From: Octopus sinensis
Taxonomy: Eukaryota
Reading direction: 5' to 3'
DNA: 64,000 nucleotides
Assembly: GCF_006345805.1 (NCBI RefSeq)
Contig: NC_043008.1
Span: 35,650,001-35,714,000, forward strand
Positions 40,556 to 53,864 of this stretch are shown here, piece after piece. Every line of letters begins with the position of its first letter. Within the stretch, counting starts at the first letter, position 1. The translations under genes were made by a program, and so were the position numbers. Under the pieces are notes generated by a model. The model had not been told where the DNA came from. It searched no databases and worked only from the letters and a program-made list of their open reading frames with translations.

Positions 40556-40945
40556 TTAGCATCCTCTTTCCATGCTAGCATGGGTTGGATGTTTCGACTG
40601 GGGTCTGGGAAGCCAGAAGGCTGCACCAGGCCCAGTCTGATCTGGCAATGTTTCTACAGCTGGATGCTCTTCCTAACACCAACCACTCTGTGAGTATAGT
40701 AGGTGCTTTTTACATGCCACCGGCACAGGTGCCAGACGAGGCTGGCAAACGGCCACGGTCGGATGGTGCTTTTTACGTGCCACCGGCACGGGAGCCAGGC
40801 CAGGCTGGCAACGGCCACGATCGGATGGTGCTTTTTACATGCCACTGGCACAGAGGCCCATCGGGGTGGCACTGGCAATGGCCACATTCGGACGGTTCGC
40901 TTACGTGGCACCGGCACTGGTATCACAGCTACAATTTCCATTGAT
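40525..40945 (-). mobile_element. RTE 3' UTR fragment with internal tandem units and (GAT)n tail
   Basis: Same family as 2021-2494, 24584-25088 and 60446-60899. Confidence 0.8.
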
Positions 40946-41709
40946 GTTGATCAATTTCGAGTACTGTTTCATAAAAATAATAATCTCTCTGTAATTGACA
41001 TTGTGTTCATAAATAAGGAAGAAATCTATAAAAAGATGATCATACCTAATTATCAGAAAGAGTTTCACAAACCAATGAACCTGCTAAAAATAACAGCCAA
41101 ATTTTTCTTGATTTACACTTTTGGGTAATGTAGCCAGGATTTAACTATTCCTGAAAAATACAAAAAGAAGAAAATTGAGGAATGGGTACACTTGAAAGGC
41201 AATGATCATAGATCTGTTGAATTAGGAACAAACTTGGGTAGGGGGGGAGGGGGGCTAAACAACAGCAACAACAACAGGTTTTATCATTTATGTGAAGCAC
41301 AAATACACAGCAAAGAGAGAATGGAAAGAATCCAAGATAACCTTTCCAAGATGGAGATACAATGTCATGTCCCTGCAGGACTTTGTGTCCACACACTTTC
41401 CATCTACTCAATTTCACTCCCAACAATTGCTGAAGGGGGCCATGCAATGGGATAGAGCCCTGTATTAAATGTATTTGAGAAGTGAACTTCAGAATTGTAA
41501 GAATGTGGCACAAAACAATCCAAGAACCCATTGTGCAAACTCTGAAGCAAAGGGAGGTAACTCAATCAAACGTAAAGCATTTTTGTCAGATGCACCAGTT
41601 GTTGTGTGGTCAAGAAATTTGCTTCCCAGTGACATGGTTTCAGATTCAATCCCACTGCAGCACCTTGGGAAAGTATCTTCTGCTACATCTGTGGGCCAAC
41701 CAATGCCTT

Positions 41710-41866
41710 GTGAAAGAACTTGGTAAACAAATGATTCAGGAACCCATTGCATAGGTGTGTGTATGTGTGTGAATGTGTGTGTGGTATATATATATATATA
41801 TAATATATATATATATATATGTATGTATATATATATATATATATATATAATAATATATATATATGG

Positions 41867-41900
<34 letters not shown>

Positions 41901-41946
41901 GTATAATAGTGTATATATTACATATATATATATACGTATATATATA

Positions 41947-41997
<51 letters not shown>

Positions 41998-42004
41998 CAT
42001 ATAT

Positions 42005-42035
<31 letters not shown>

Positions 42036-42130
42036 GATATATATATATTATATATATTTACACACACACATTCACACACATACACAACCTATGCAATGGG
42101 TTCCTGAATCATTTGTTTACCAAGTTCTTT

Positions 42131-42133
<3 letters not shown>
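41710..42133. repeat. Inverted duplication (~73 bp) bracketing a ~270-bp (TA)-rich tract
   Basis: GTGAAAGAACTTGGTAAACAAATGATTCAGGAACCCATTGCATAGGT vs ACCTATGCAATGGGTTCCTGAATCATTTGTTTACCAAGTTCTTTCAC. Confidence 0.9.
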
Positions 42134-42205
<72 letters not shown>

Positions 42206-42699
42206 TAGTCATTAGTTCTAATATCTGAAAAAGAAGCACACTCTAAAACATTAGAACAGTAATGTATCTTTTACAAAGTTAAAAGTTATAGCCACTCACA
42301 GAGTAACCATTGGTTTCACACCTATAAAGTGCTTATCAGTATAGGCGACTTGTCAGACACAAATGACTGAAGGAACATAACATCCCTAGAACTAGAGGAA
42401 GAAATATGTAACAGTTAGTTGGTTTTGTAAACAAAAAATAATTGTCCATGGTTTGGGATGGAGTTAGCGAGATGGGGTTATCCCCTTTACATTGGCTCCA
42501 GCTATGGCAATATTCGGAGCTATGGTGGGAATATTCAACAAATGGAGAATTCCAAGTCTGAAGTAGGAAATATTTTAGATGGGAGCATTGACTGAATACC
42601 TCTTTCCTGAAGTTTAAAAAGGTTTCTGGGTCAAGCAAGTTTTTAGAGGGCTGAGTAGGCAATAATCTCACTCAACCTGGGGACCTTTTTAAAGTCATC

Positions 42700-43272
42700 A
42701 GCAATGAAGGAGATGTCATACCTGTTCAGTTTTTTCACATGGCTTGAGAGTCAATACTGTTGTCAACACAGAGATGTTGGAGAAAGTAGTGAGGCCCTGT
42801 ATAGTCAGAGTATACAATGGAAGACCATACATCTTCCAATGAAACTTTGCACTGTCTCATAAAGCTAAGACAACCCAAGTATGGATACATGCCAATCTCC
42901 ATAATCATGCTTTCCCAGATACAAGGCCTCCTAGCTCACCAGACCTCAATCCACTGGACAATTACATATGGGGCATAGTTGAGAGAGAGGTGCATCAATG
43001 CCCTCATAACACCATACAACCTCTTGAGGCCAACATAACCAGCACTATGTCCAACGTTGATGAAGATCATCTGATTTGAGCATGTGAACACTTCCAACCT
43101 TATACTGAATGAAGCAGCATTTGATGCTAACCATAGCTTCATTGAATAGGCGGGATAAAAGGATTCTCAAGATTATTTCTACCAATTTGTTTTCTAATAC
43201 AGATTTTCTTGGATGAGCTATGCATCTTTTTCAAAATTCATACAAACAACCCAAAAAAACTGACCCACCCTG
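42700..43272 (+). mobile_element. Decayed Tc1/mariner-superfamily (DD37D/maT-like) 3' fragment
   Basis: NGRPYIFQ*..HKAKTTQVW..PPSSPDLNPLDNYIWGIVE; terminal CCCACCCTG followed by TA. Confidence 0.75.
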
Positions 43273-45098
43273 TATATATTATACTTAATCTGATTAGCAC
43301 TATCTAATTCAAAAATGTCAACCAGGAAATCTTGAAGCAATGACAGGCAGTAAAGCTTTTCCTTCAAACTACAAGAAATAACAAATCATCTTAGCTTTAT
43401 TTTGCTATTTATATATCCAAATAGACAGCACATTGTATATAGCATATTGCAGCATATTGTCTACTCACACACACAAATATACAAACGTGGTGGTGGTGGA
43501 GGGGTTAGCTTCTGGTGGTGATTTATGTATATATTTATGCAAGTACAGAGGCTATACACAAATATAATTCTATTTTCTTCTAAACACTTAAGCTAATGTC
43601 TGCCACATATAATAACTTATACATCATTGATATTTAAAAGTACTTAGGATTACATTATCTTGTATATCGTTCTCAATGATTTTTTTTTGCTTTGTTTTTG
43701 AAGACAAGGTGTTGCAGATGATTCGGCTGCTATTTCTAGCAGGTCAGGTGACCCCACCCGCCCCACTCCCAATCAACTCCCCTCCTAGTATTACATACTC
43801 AAATGTATTGTTCCCTTTTTTTTTTTATCATGATTGTGCTATATTAAAAGAGAACTTCTATATGGTCACCAGATCTGCTAGAAATACAAGCCAAATCTTC
43901 AAATTACATCCTACCACCTTAAAAAAGAAAACAAATTGGTAAATATAATGTAGCGCTGGTTTCACAGAACATAGTAAAAAGATGGAATAGTCACAGCTGG
44001 AACACTTTTGAATATAGATCTGCTCAATCAAGCTTTTAATCAAAGACTGCACACCTTGCTTGGCCTGAATATAAATCCATAACTAAGTTTACGTAACAAA
44101 TAAAATGAATAACAGTTTGCCTGTTTCAAATGATGAAAAATGTTTCAGCTGTTCCAGTGATGCAAAAATTTCCATTCAATTAACCTTTTCCCAACCACAG
44201 CAGGTAATAACATCAAAAATTACATCACTTAGAGATACACTGACCCAGATTGTTGTTTTGCTTCTTTTTATTCTTATTTTTAACCTTTTAAATACAGATA
44301 ATATGGTAGATATTATATATGGTAGCCATTAGCACAAGAGAACCAGTCTGGTTTAGGAGAAAATAGGATTATATTTGTGTATAACTGCTGTATTTGTGTG
44401 TGTATGTGTGTTTCTACATAATAAGCTACCATGTGCAATTTGGATATATGAATACCAAAACCAAGTGTAGATAATATATTCTTCTTATTTATTCTTGTTT
44501 GATGTGAAAGCATCACTGTCTCTCACTGGACCAAGTTTCCATGGATGCATTTCTCAGTTAGATAGGGCTAACCTGAGCACACACACATACACACACACAC
44601 TGAACAATAATTCAAATTATGAAGAACAGATGATAATAGAAAATAAATCAGACCATCCAATCATTTCAAGCAGGTAACTAAAAAGGCAGAGCTTCTATGT
44701 CTACAATGCTTTCTAACCAACATGAATAGTAAAGCGTTGTGGAAAATATGTGCATTGAAAAGGGGCCTCACTCTCCAGTCTACCCTTTTTGCAATCCTGA
44801 CACAGGTCAGATTACTGAAGATCCCAAAGAGTATGTAGAACTTGTTGCTTAATTCTATGCATCCAGAGTCTTAGCATCACTCAGTAAAACCTTTGTCAAT
44901 CCCTAACCAGTTATCTATTACGTTGAGGAATAATTCGTGAGTGTTTATTTCAAATTTAAAAATGCAAAAAATGCATACAGAAATAAAATGCACTGGCAAA
45001 ATATTCTATGTTATTTAAAAGAGAATTTTTTGCTCTACAAGATAGTGTGTTTTGATTTTATAATTTTATTGACTTTTGTGTATTTTCAGATCATTAGA

Positions 45099-46400
45099 AT
45101 GGAATGTCAAGTGGACAAAACTGAGCATTTTTGCCACCATTTGCTTTTTGCATTTAATTGAGGTGTTAAGCCCACCAAAGCTGCTCATGAGATTTGTGCT
45201 GCATATGGAGAAGGAGCAATGCCTCAAAGTACCACCTGCCATTGGTTTTCACATTTCAAAAATGGGAATTTTTACCTCAAGGATGGATCACATACTGGTT
45301 GACCAATTGAGTTTGATGAAAAGCAATTGAATCAACTTCTTCACGAAAATTCAAGTCAAACAACCAGAGAATTGGCAGAGCAGATGAATTGTTATTTCTT
45401 TATTGCCCACAAGAAGCTAAACATAGAGGGGACAAACAAGGACAGACAAAGGGATTAAGTCGATTAGATCGACCCCAGTGTGTAACTGGTACTTAATTTA
45501 TCGACCCCAAAAAGATGAAAAGCAAAGTCAACCTCGGTGGAATTTAAACTCAGAACGCAACAGCAGACGAAATACCGCTAAGCATTTCGCCTGGCATGCT
45601 AATGCTTCTGCCAGCTCGCCACCTTCAGCAGATGAATTGTGATAAAAAAAACTATGGTGAACCACCTTCACTCAATGGGCAAGGTTAAGAAACTTGGCAC
45701 TTGGGTACCACACACTTGGAGTGAAAACAAGAAAAATCTACACCCCACAATCACCACCAGATTACTTGCTCGACATCACTAAAGATATGGTTACAAACAG
45801 CGTTTCCTTTACTGCATTATTACTGGTGATGAAAAATGGTGCCTTCACATCAATGTGAAGCAGCAAAAAGAATGGCTCAGCCCTGACAAACAAGCGATTC
45901 TGTGATCAAAACAAGACCTTCATCCTCAAAAGTCCTTGTTGCGTGTATAGTGGGGCTGGGAAGGAATGATTCATCACAAACTGCTTGAGTGCAACCAAAC
46001 ACTCAATGTGGAGCTCTACATTCAATAACTGCACCAGCTTAATGAAGCAATTCAGCAAAAAAGACAGAATAGGCGAAATGACATTCTTCTGTAACACGAC
46101 AATACCCATCCTCACTTCGCCAATGTGACCAAAGCCATGATTCAAGAAATCAAATGAGAAGCACTGCCTCATCCTCCATACTCTCCAGACTTGACATCAT
46201 CAGATTTTCATCTCTTTCGACTGCTTTCAAACGTTTTGTGTGGTGTATCATTCAGTAATGACATGGAATTGAGGGCTTGGTTTGACAAATTCCTTGAGTC
46301 AAAACAGGGAGATTTCTATTACCAAGGAATTGAAAAACTTATTGAATGATGGGAGGCAGTTATAATCAACAACGGAGAGTATATTATTAATTTGTTGTAG
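45099..46400 (+). pseudogene. mariner transposase pseudogene
   Basis: WVPH, ITGDEKW, HDNTHPH and YSPDL motifs present; several stops and frameshifts plus a SINE insertion. Confidence 0.9.
45393..45625 (-). mobile_element. tRNA-derived SINE (family B) inserted in the mariner
   Basis: TSD AGCAGATGAATTGT at 45379-45392 and 45627-45640. Confidence 0.9.
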
Positions 46401-47090
46401 TTTTTTGTTTAAAATAAATTTGAAAAAATGCTCATGAATTATTCCTCAATACAATATTTAAAGCTATATTTGGTTATGGTACATGCACATTTGTAACAGT
46501 ATGCATTTCCTGAATTCCACACTAGGGATCCAAATCCAGAACTTCAATCAGCAGGAAGCTGTCCACAGAAATACAACCAGCCTAGGTGTGGTGTAAGTAT
46601 AGAATAACAGACATGAATGGAGTTTAAAATTTTCAACAGCAGAGTAGCAGTTTGCGAAGATTTTTTTCAGCTTTGATAAATGGCGTGTGTGTGTACACGT
46701 GCATGCATGTGTGTGTGTAAAATGTTCCCACCAATATGAAAATGTCCAGATGTTTAATCAACTGAACTCTCACTCACTAGATTAGTAAGTGGCTGAGTAT
46801 CCCTCAGTCATGTGTACTCTTCATGTAATTCCCCAGTATAATTATCCTTTCTACTCTAGACACAAGACCTGAAATTTGGTGGGGAGGGTGATAGTCGATT
46901 ACATCAACCCCAGTGTTTCATTTGTTCTTAATTTATCGACCCCAAAAGGACAAGAGGTAAAGTCAACGTCAGCAGAATTTGAACTCAGAATGTAATGACG
47001 GGGCAGAATACCACTAACCATTTTGTCCAGCATGCTAACAATTCTGCTAGCTCACCATCTTATTCCCCATAATAAAATAATAATAATAAT

Positions 47091-47688
47091 AAGTAAGAGA
47101 TGTCATGACAATATAGCCAGGCTTGTCCATTGGATACTTTGCAAGAAGTATGGACTTGAAAAAAACAAAAATTGGTATGACCACAAACCTGAAGGCATTG
47201 TCAAAAATAGAAATGCAAAGATCCTATGGAATTTTATGATTCAATGTGACCATGAGATTGAGAATAGGAAGCTGGACATAATCTTAATTGAAAAGGAAAA
47301 CAAACTATGCTGGATCACAGATATAGTATGCCCAGCTGACAACAAGGTATGCGATAAGGAAGAAAGAAAAGTCGAGAGATATGACAGGTTAGCTTGGGGA
47401 GTTAAGCAGTTGTGGTTGATGAAAACGGTAGCAGTAGTACCAATAATTGTTGGAGCTCTGGGAATAGTGAGCAAAAATCTCGAGAAGTACGTGGAACAAA
47501 TAGGGGCTGCAGTAAGGGTGGAACACTGCAGAAAACAGCACTGCTTGGAACCGATCGAATACTCCGGAAGGTGCTCGAAAAATAAGAGGTGTTACCTTGG
47601 TTCGCTGGTAATGAACAGCTGACACTGTAGTAAATCTCCATCATTAGAAGCTGTGCAAAGGCAATAAATAATAATAATAATAATAATA
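47091..47688 (+). mobile_element. 5'-truncated R4/Dong-clade non-LTR element (restriction-like endonuclease C-terminus)
   Basis: KRCHDNIARLVHW..KILWNF.IQCDH.IENRKLDII..DIVCP..K..K..RY..L..VVPIIVGALG; (TAA)n on both sides, the known Dong target. Confidence 0.85.
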
Positions 47689-47751
47689 TACATTGAGTGC
47701 AACCAAACACTCAATGTGGAGCTCTACATTCAATAACTGCACCAGCTTAAT

Positions 47752-48152
47752 AGGCGCAGGAGTGGCTGTGTGGTAAGTAGCTTGTTTACCGGCCACATGG
47801 CTCCGGGTTCAGTCCCACTGCGTGGCACCGTGGGCAAGTGTCTTCTACTATAGCCTCGGGCCGACCAAAGCTTTGTGAGTGGATTTGGTAGACAGAAACT
47901 GAAAGAAGCCCGTTGTATATATATATATATATATATATATATGCGTGTATGTGTTTGTCCCCCTAGCATTGCTTGACAACCGATGCTGGTGTGTTTATGT
48001 CCCCGTTACTTAGCGGTTCGGCAAAAGAGACCGATAGAATAAGTACTGAGCTTACAAAAGAATAAGTCCCGGGGTCGAGTTGCTCGATTAAAGGCGGTGC
48101 TCCAGCATGGCCGCAGTCAAATGACTGAAACAAGTAAAAGAGAGAAAGAGAA
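47752..48152 (+). mobile_element. tRNA-derived SINE (family A), young copy
   Basis: CpGs retained; tail GGCGGTGCTCCAGCATGGCCGCAGTCAAATGACTGAAACAAGTAAAAGAG. Confidence 0.9.
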
Positions 48153-49491
48153 TACCTATTTCACCCTGCTCACATGAGTAGAATTGATGTTGTTGTTGAG
48201 CCTAAGACACAACTACAACATCACCGTACAGTTTCAGGTGGAAACTGTCTCATTGAAATATTAGCAAGAGACAGGAAGGTGCTGATTGCTTCCTAGCAAC
48301 TAAGGAATCCATTGATTTTGACTAGCAAGTGTGCGACATAGTAAAAATGACAATTCAGGGAGAATACGCCATATCAATTGTTGTTGAGTTGACTTCAGTG
48401 GAAAATATTAGCAGTAAATTGCAGGTACAATATCAGATTATGAAAGTAAATGGTTACAAACATTTACAGACATATCTCTGTGATCTTTGATTTGTTCCTT
48501 ATTTGACTGGCATTACCATAACTAGAACTGTGAGAGGAAGAACTACTGCTCCATTAATTCTTCTCAGATGCCAGTCCATTATCTAACTGCCGCTCTCAAT
48601 CTTTTCATTCATTACAACTTAACATGCTATGTCTCTAAAAACCACAAAGAAACACCAACAACAATAGAATTCCTGTCCGTTTAATATGGGCAAAGCTATC
48701 AAAGAGAAGCATGTGTTATAAATCACAAGGATATAAACAGTAATTAGATTTTTATAACTGCCTTCAGTGTAACAGTTTTCATCTGATTGTATAATGAAAG
48801 CTAAAGTTGAATTGATACTATTTACTTTTACGTGATCAAAGAACTTCAATTCAGAGAAAAACAAAAAAATAAATAAAAGCTTAAAATAAACGAATGACAT
48901 GAAAAAGCAATTTTTTAAAAAAATTAACATATTTACTAACCAATAATAGATCTGTAAGCCACAATAAATTTGCGGGAAAACTGAACTCAGAGAAGGCTAA
49001 AATAATTAGCATGAAGAGAACAGATAAAAACTATAGCAGAACAGAAAGAAATTTGAAATTCGAGGCTTATCATACAAGCAAAAATGATATTTTTGCACCT
49101 CTAAGCATGAAAATTTAATTTTCTGTAAATTTAATTCTTAATTTTTTGGAAATTATCTTCGTTCTTCTTTCAGAATTACCTGAAATTGTCAGGTTTTTGT
49201 TTTTTATTTCTGTCTCTAAGTGGTAAATTTCAAACCATTAAGAATTTTTTTTTTATATGCCAATTCTTTTTTTTTTTTTTATCACATACCATATCACAAC
49301 CTACTTGAGCACAGTGACTCTACTCAGTTAGCTGAAGTTTCACATATATACATGCATCTTTTACTAGTTTCAGTTCAGGCTATGCTGGGGCACTACCTTG
49401 AAGGTTTTAGTCAAACAAACCAACACCAGTTTTCAAGCAATGGCAGGGGGATGCAACAAACACAAACACATACATACATATATATATCTAT

Positions 49492-49542
<51 letters not shown>

Positions 49543-49609
49543 CACATATATAGATACATATATATTATATTTGTATGTGCAGGTGCGCATATATATATAT
49601 ATATATATA

Positions 49610-49647
<38 letters not shown>

Positions 49648-51052
49648 ATGCACAAACTTCTTTCAGTTTCCATCAACCAAATCCACTCACAAAGTTTTTG
49701 ATCAGATTTAGAGTATAGTAGAAGACACTCGCTCAAGGTGCCACACTGTAAGACTGAACCCGGATCCATGTAGTTGGAAAGCAAATATTTTTACAACAAA
49801 GCCATGCCTATGCCTATATCTATATCCTTTTCTAGTCTAGGCACAAGGCCTGGAATTTTAAGGGAGTGGAGCCAGTCGATTTGATCAACCCCAGTATGCA
49901 ACTGGTACTTAATTTATCAACCCCAAAACGATGAAAATCAAAGTCAATCTCAGTGGAATTTGAACTCAGAACATAAAGACACATGAAATACTGCTAAGTA
50001 TTTCGCCCAGCGTGCAAACATTTCTGCATTTCTGGGATCAGGAAGTGAACTCACACACACACACCATCAAACACACACACAAACACACACACACACACAC
50101 ACGTGTGTATCAATGCACATTCCTCATGCTATAAAAGAATTGCATTCATGAAAACCCTACTGAAATGTGGAGTTCCATCTTTCCATTGAACAGAATGTAT
50201 TTTCTTTCTGACTTCCATATAAATTCACTTCCCTGTAATATAGAAATCAGCTTGAATATAAAACTCTTATTATATAACTCTACATTATGAAGAGCTCAGT
50301 GCTTCCATAAGGCAGAAGATGGCCAGATGTACCATCAACCAGATTCTGTTCAAGGTGGTCCACAGTGGAATTGAATTCAGAGCCACATAATTGCTAAACA
50401 AACCTCTTAACCAAACCAGCCCCCACTTACTCATAACTCATTCCTTATTATTCCTCCTGTTACTCCCAATGTGTTATATTTTCACAGACCCTTTCCAATC
50501 TTTCTTCTACTGTATGGATCCTACTGGAGCTCCCATTCAAACCATATTTTTTCCTTCCACATTTCAAATCAAATATCAGCTTTGATAATGTCACTTTATT
50601 ATTTCTATCCCTTCAAATTCTACCAAGGTCAACTTTTCCTTTCATTCTTTTAGTGTTGATGGATTAAGTAGCAGTTAAGCATTAGGATCAACGGAATTGA
50701 CTCGACCCCTCTCCCAAAATTATAGGCACTGTGTTTGAAATAAAGCAATAAGATGAATAAAAATACAGTGTTTTGGTCACGTTATTAGAATGACTGAGTG
50801 ACACAAATATAATCCTGCCAGGAAAAACAAGAGAAAGAGATGAGTAAAGCGAGAGAGATTGTTTGAAAGATGTGCAGATATGGACAGGAATAAGAACATT
50901 TAGATTCATAAAGAAAACCTGAAACCAAGACAAGTGGAAAAAGATTAGTAACAAAATTCAGGTGCCACAGTGACAGAAATACTGTTCTGTTGAATCTGGT
51001 AGCAGGTAATATCCAACAATGAAGAACTCTTTTCTCCTGCTGGAAATAATTA

Positions 51053-51765
51053 CCATATTTTCTGGCATACAAGATGCGTCCCCAAAGTCCATCCCCTCCT
51101 CACCGTGGTGTGGACACTGGCAACGGGTAGTGTCAGAGCTATGCCGTCGGGAACTTTGGTTCCTGGTAGGGCCACCCAAGGCGGATTGGTCTGACACCGA
51201 GTGGTATTAGGGCCACAACCCGGCAGACGGGGCTCTGGTGAAAATCCTCAGAGTGTCTGTTTCAGCAACTGGCGGCTCCTCAGCCATTCTGTCCCTGCGT
51301 CTGCGGACAATCTGCGGCAAATAGGATGTCTCTACATGCGGGATTGTTGAGGACCGCTTGTGAAATCCACATATTCCCACGAAACTTCTCCCATGAATTC
51401 TCAATAGCGAATACAATGGCAACATCGGCCTGCGCCGATGGAACCGTGACTGGCTCGCTATCTCCAGTGAACTGGTGCAGGACCATCATGCGTGGGCTGC
51501 CATGGTTCTAGATGCCTCGAGGGTGGTAGAAGAAGCTGACTCAACCCACCTAGGGTGAATGTTGCCACAAGTACAAGTAGTAAGCATACAAGATGACATG
51601 GTATGTAATGTAAACATTCAAACATTGTCATTAGCTTCCCAAATCCTGCTGCATTTCACATGGAATTTTAAATCCTCCAAAGTCATCTTTGTGTGTAAAT
51701 CAACTTACCATTTTTGCCTGTAAATTTGGGTCTGAAAAATTTGACTTGTATGCTGGGAACTACAG
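51053..51765. mobile_element. Decayed pogo/Tigger-like MITE hosting an RTE insertion
   Basis: TA-CCATATTTTCTGGCATACAAG left end and CTTGTATGCTGGGAACTACAG-TA right end are imperfect inverted repeats. Confidence 0.55.
51077..51583 (+). mobile_element. Bipartite non-autonomous RTE (5' UTR + 3' end), different family from the (GAT)-tailed RTE
   Basis: TSD GCATACAAGATG at 51065-51076 and 51584-51595; 3' part encodes DWLAISSELVQDHHAWAAMV..STHLG*; (CAAGTA) tail; RTE-like 5' motif GTAGGGCCACCCAAG. Confidence 0.75.
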
Positions 51766-52400
51766 TATATCAGTTTGGACCTAACTGTACAATAAAATCT
51801 CTTGGAAATTTTAATATAAGGGACATATTGTCTCTGAACTTTTAGGATTTCATATTTTTAGGTTGTATCGTACTTTTTTCTTCAAAACTGAAGAATACAG
51901 CTGCAGCATCTTTGGCAATAAACACATCTCTTATGTATATCAGATGATTGATGGTTCTTCACTGACTCTTAAATATCAGTGAGAATAATATTTTGTTCAA
52001 TAAACCAGACCAGTCCATCATTAATCATTTATTCAAAAGTATTTTACATAAGTAGTTTGACTGATAAGAGATTGGCCTGTAACTTAAAGGGAATCAGTAT
52101 GATGGTTTCTTGGTTTTGGTCTGGTGGAAATAATGATAGATTCCTTCTAAGGAAGAGGATAATAATATCTTTCAGATAGGATGGGTTAAAGAAAAATAAA
52201 AGAAGTTTACTCATTTCATATTGCAATTTGGAGACAATACAGGCTTCCAACAAGCCAATTCCTGATTCATTACATTTCTGGTGGCAAGAATGATAAGGAA
52301 GCATCTATAACTCAGAGGCCTTCATACAAACAGCATCTGCATTTTTGCCAATGTTTACATCTTTCATTGATATTTACCGCCTTTATCAATATACAGTGAC

Positions 52401-52448
<48 letters not shown>

Positions 52449-53864
52449 AACAGAGACAGGAGAAACACACACATACACACATAGACACAACAGTCATCTT
52501 TTAGTTTCCATCTACCAAATCCATATCTGGAACAATAGCAAAAGACACTTGCCCAAGGTGCTGCACAGTGGGGCTGAACCCAAGACCACATGGTTGGGAA
52601 GCAAACTTCTTAATTACGCACCCATGAATGATATTAAATGCTTCTCCCCAATTAAGTAAAATGGAGATGATGTTGACGTTATGGCTGGTTGCTTCGTGCT
52701 TTCAAAGACCAGTTAAAGAAAGAAATCCTTTTCTTGAAAAACAGTTTAGGATTTGCATGTTTCTGGGCCTTAACCCAGAAACATGCATGTCCTCAGGTGT
52801 GAATCTTGGCTGGTAGGGGTGCTTGCCTCCCCTTCACAAATATAAGGACACAGAAAATGTGTCAAAGCCGACAAGAAGCGTTCAATGCTTCCTAGGGCTA
52901 AACAGCAGTGGTGTAATTCCCATACGGGACTGTCACGTTAAGTTGACAGTATACAACCACTCTATCACTCCACCACCGCTCATGTCACTTTGAAACATTT
53001 AAAAATTCAATATTTCTGAGTTTAGGATTGGTGACAGAAAAAGCCTCCGGTTGTAAAATCCTTCCTTAATAACTTTCATGGTTATTTAGAAAAATGGATG
53101 TTAAATGAATGAATGAACAAAATATGCATACAAAGGGCATTCTATCAAATTTCACACACAAGATGTTGGTTAATCAAAGATAAAAAGTAAAAGAAACTTA
53201 CTGAAGGAGTTAAACAATGAAACTGAACCCAAAGCATCTAGATTGCAAAACAAAGTCCACAACTGTCCTATGATACCCTACCAGGTTGTTGGAAAATGTT
53301 GGGTACCATGTAAAAAGCACCCAGTCCGATCTGTAAAGTGATTGATTTCAGAAAGGACATCTAGTCGTAAAAAACTCTACCAAAACAGACTTTGCCTGTG
53401 CTGGTGCCACTTAGGTTGGTTCTGGGAATGGCATCCAACCATAAAAACCATGCAAAAGTAGACAGTGGAATTCAGCACAGTCCTCCAGCATATCACTTCC
53501 TGTCAAACCATACCACCCGTGCCAGCATGGTGGACAAATGTTAAATGATGATGATCATCATCATCATCATCATCGTTTAACGTCCGTTCTCCATGCTAGC
53601 ATGGGGATGATAATGATGATGATGCTGATCATGATGGTGATTAGGATGATGATGAAGAAGAACATAATGCTACCATCTCACAGATAGATTTTTGAGTGAT
53701 ATTGTTCAAAGGAAAATGAAAGGTTGTATTGTTCTCTATTATTTGAATTAAAATTTTGCCATTGATTGATTGATTGATTGATTCTAGTTTCAGCTTATGA
53801 GCTGTGGCCATGCTGGGGCACCGCCATTTGGTGTTGCTACTTGGTTTCACTTCATGGAGGCTTT

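Larger units (their letters stand above)
44918..46454 (+). mobile_element. Full-length decayed mariner element
   Basis: TIRs TTACGTTGAGGAATAATTC / GAATTATTCCTCAATACAA with TA TSD; ~1.3 kb after removing the SINE insert. Confidence 0.9.

Noticed and set aside
47023-47622. 199-aa ORF as a host gene
   Set aside because: Start lies in a SINE and TAA repeat; the body is a truncated Dong/R4 endonuclease region.
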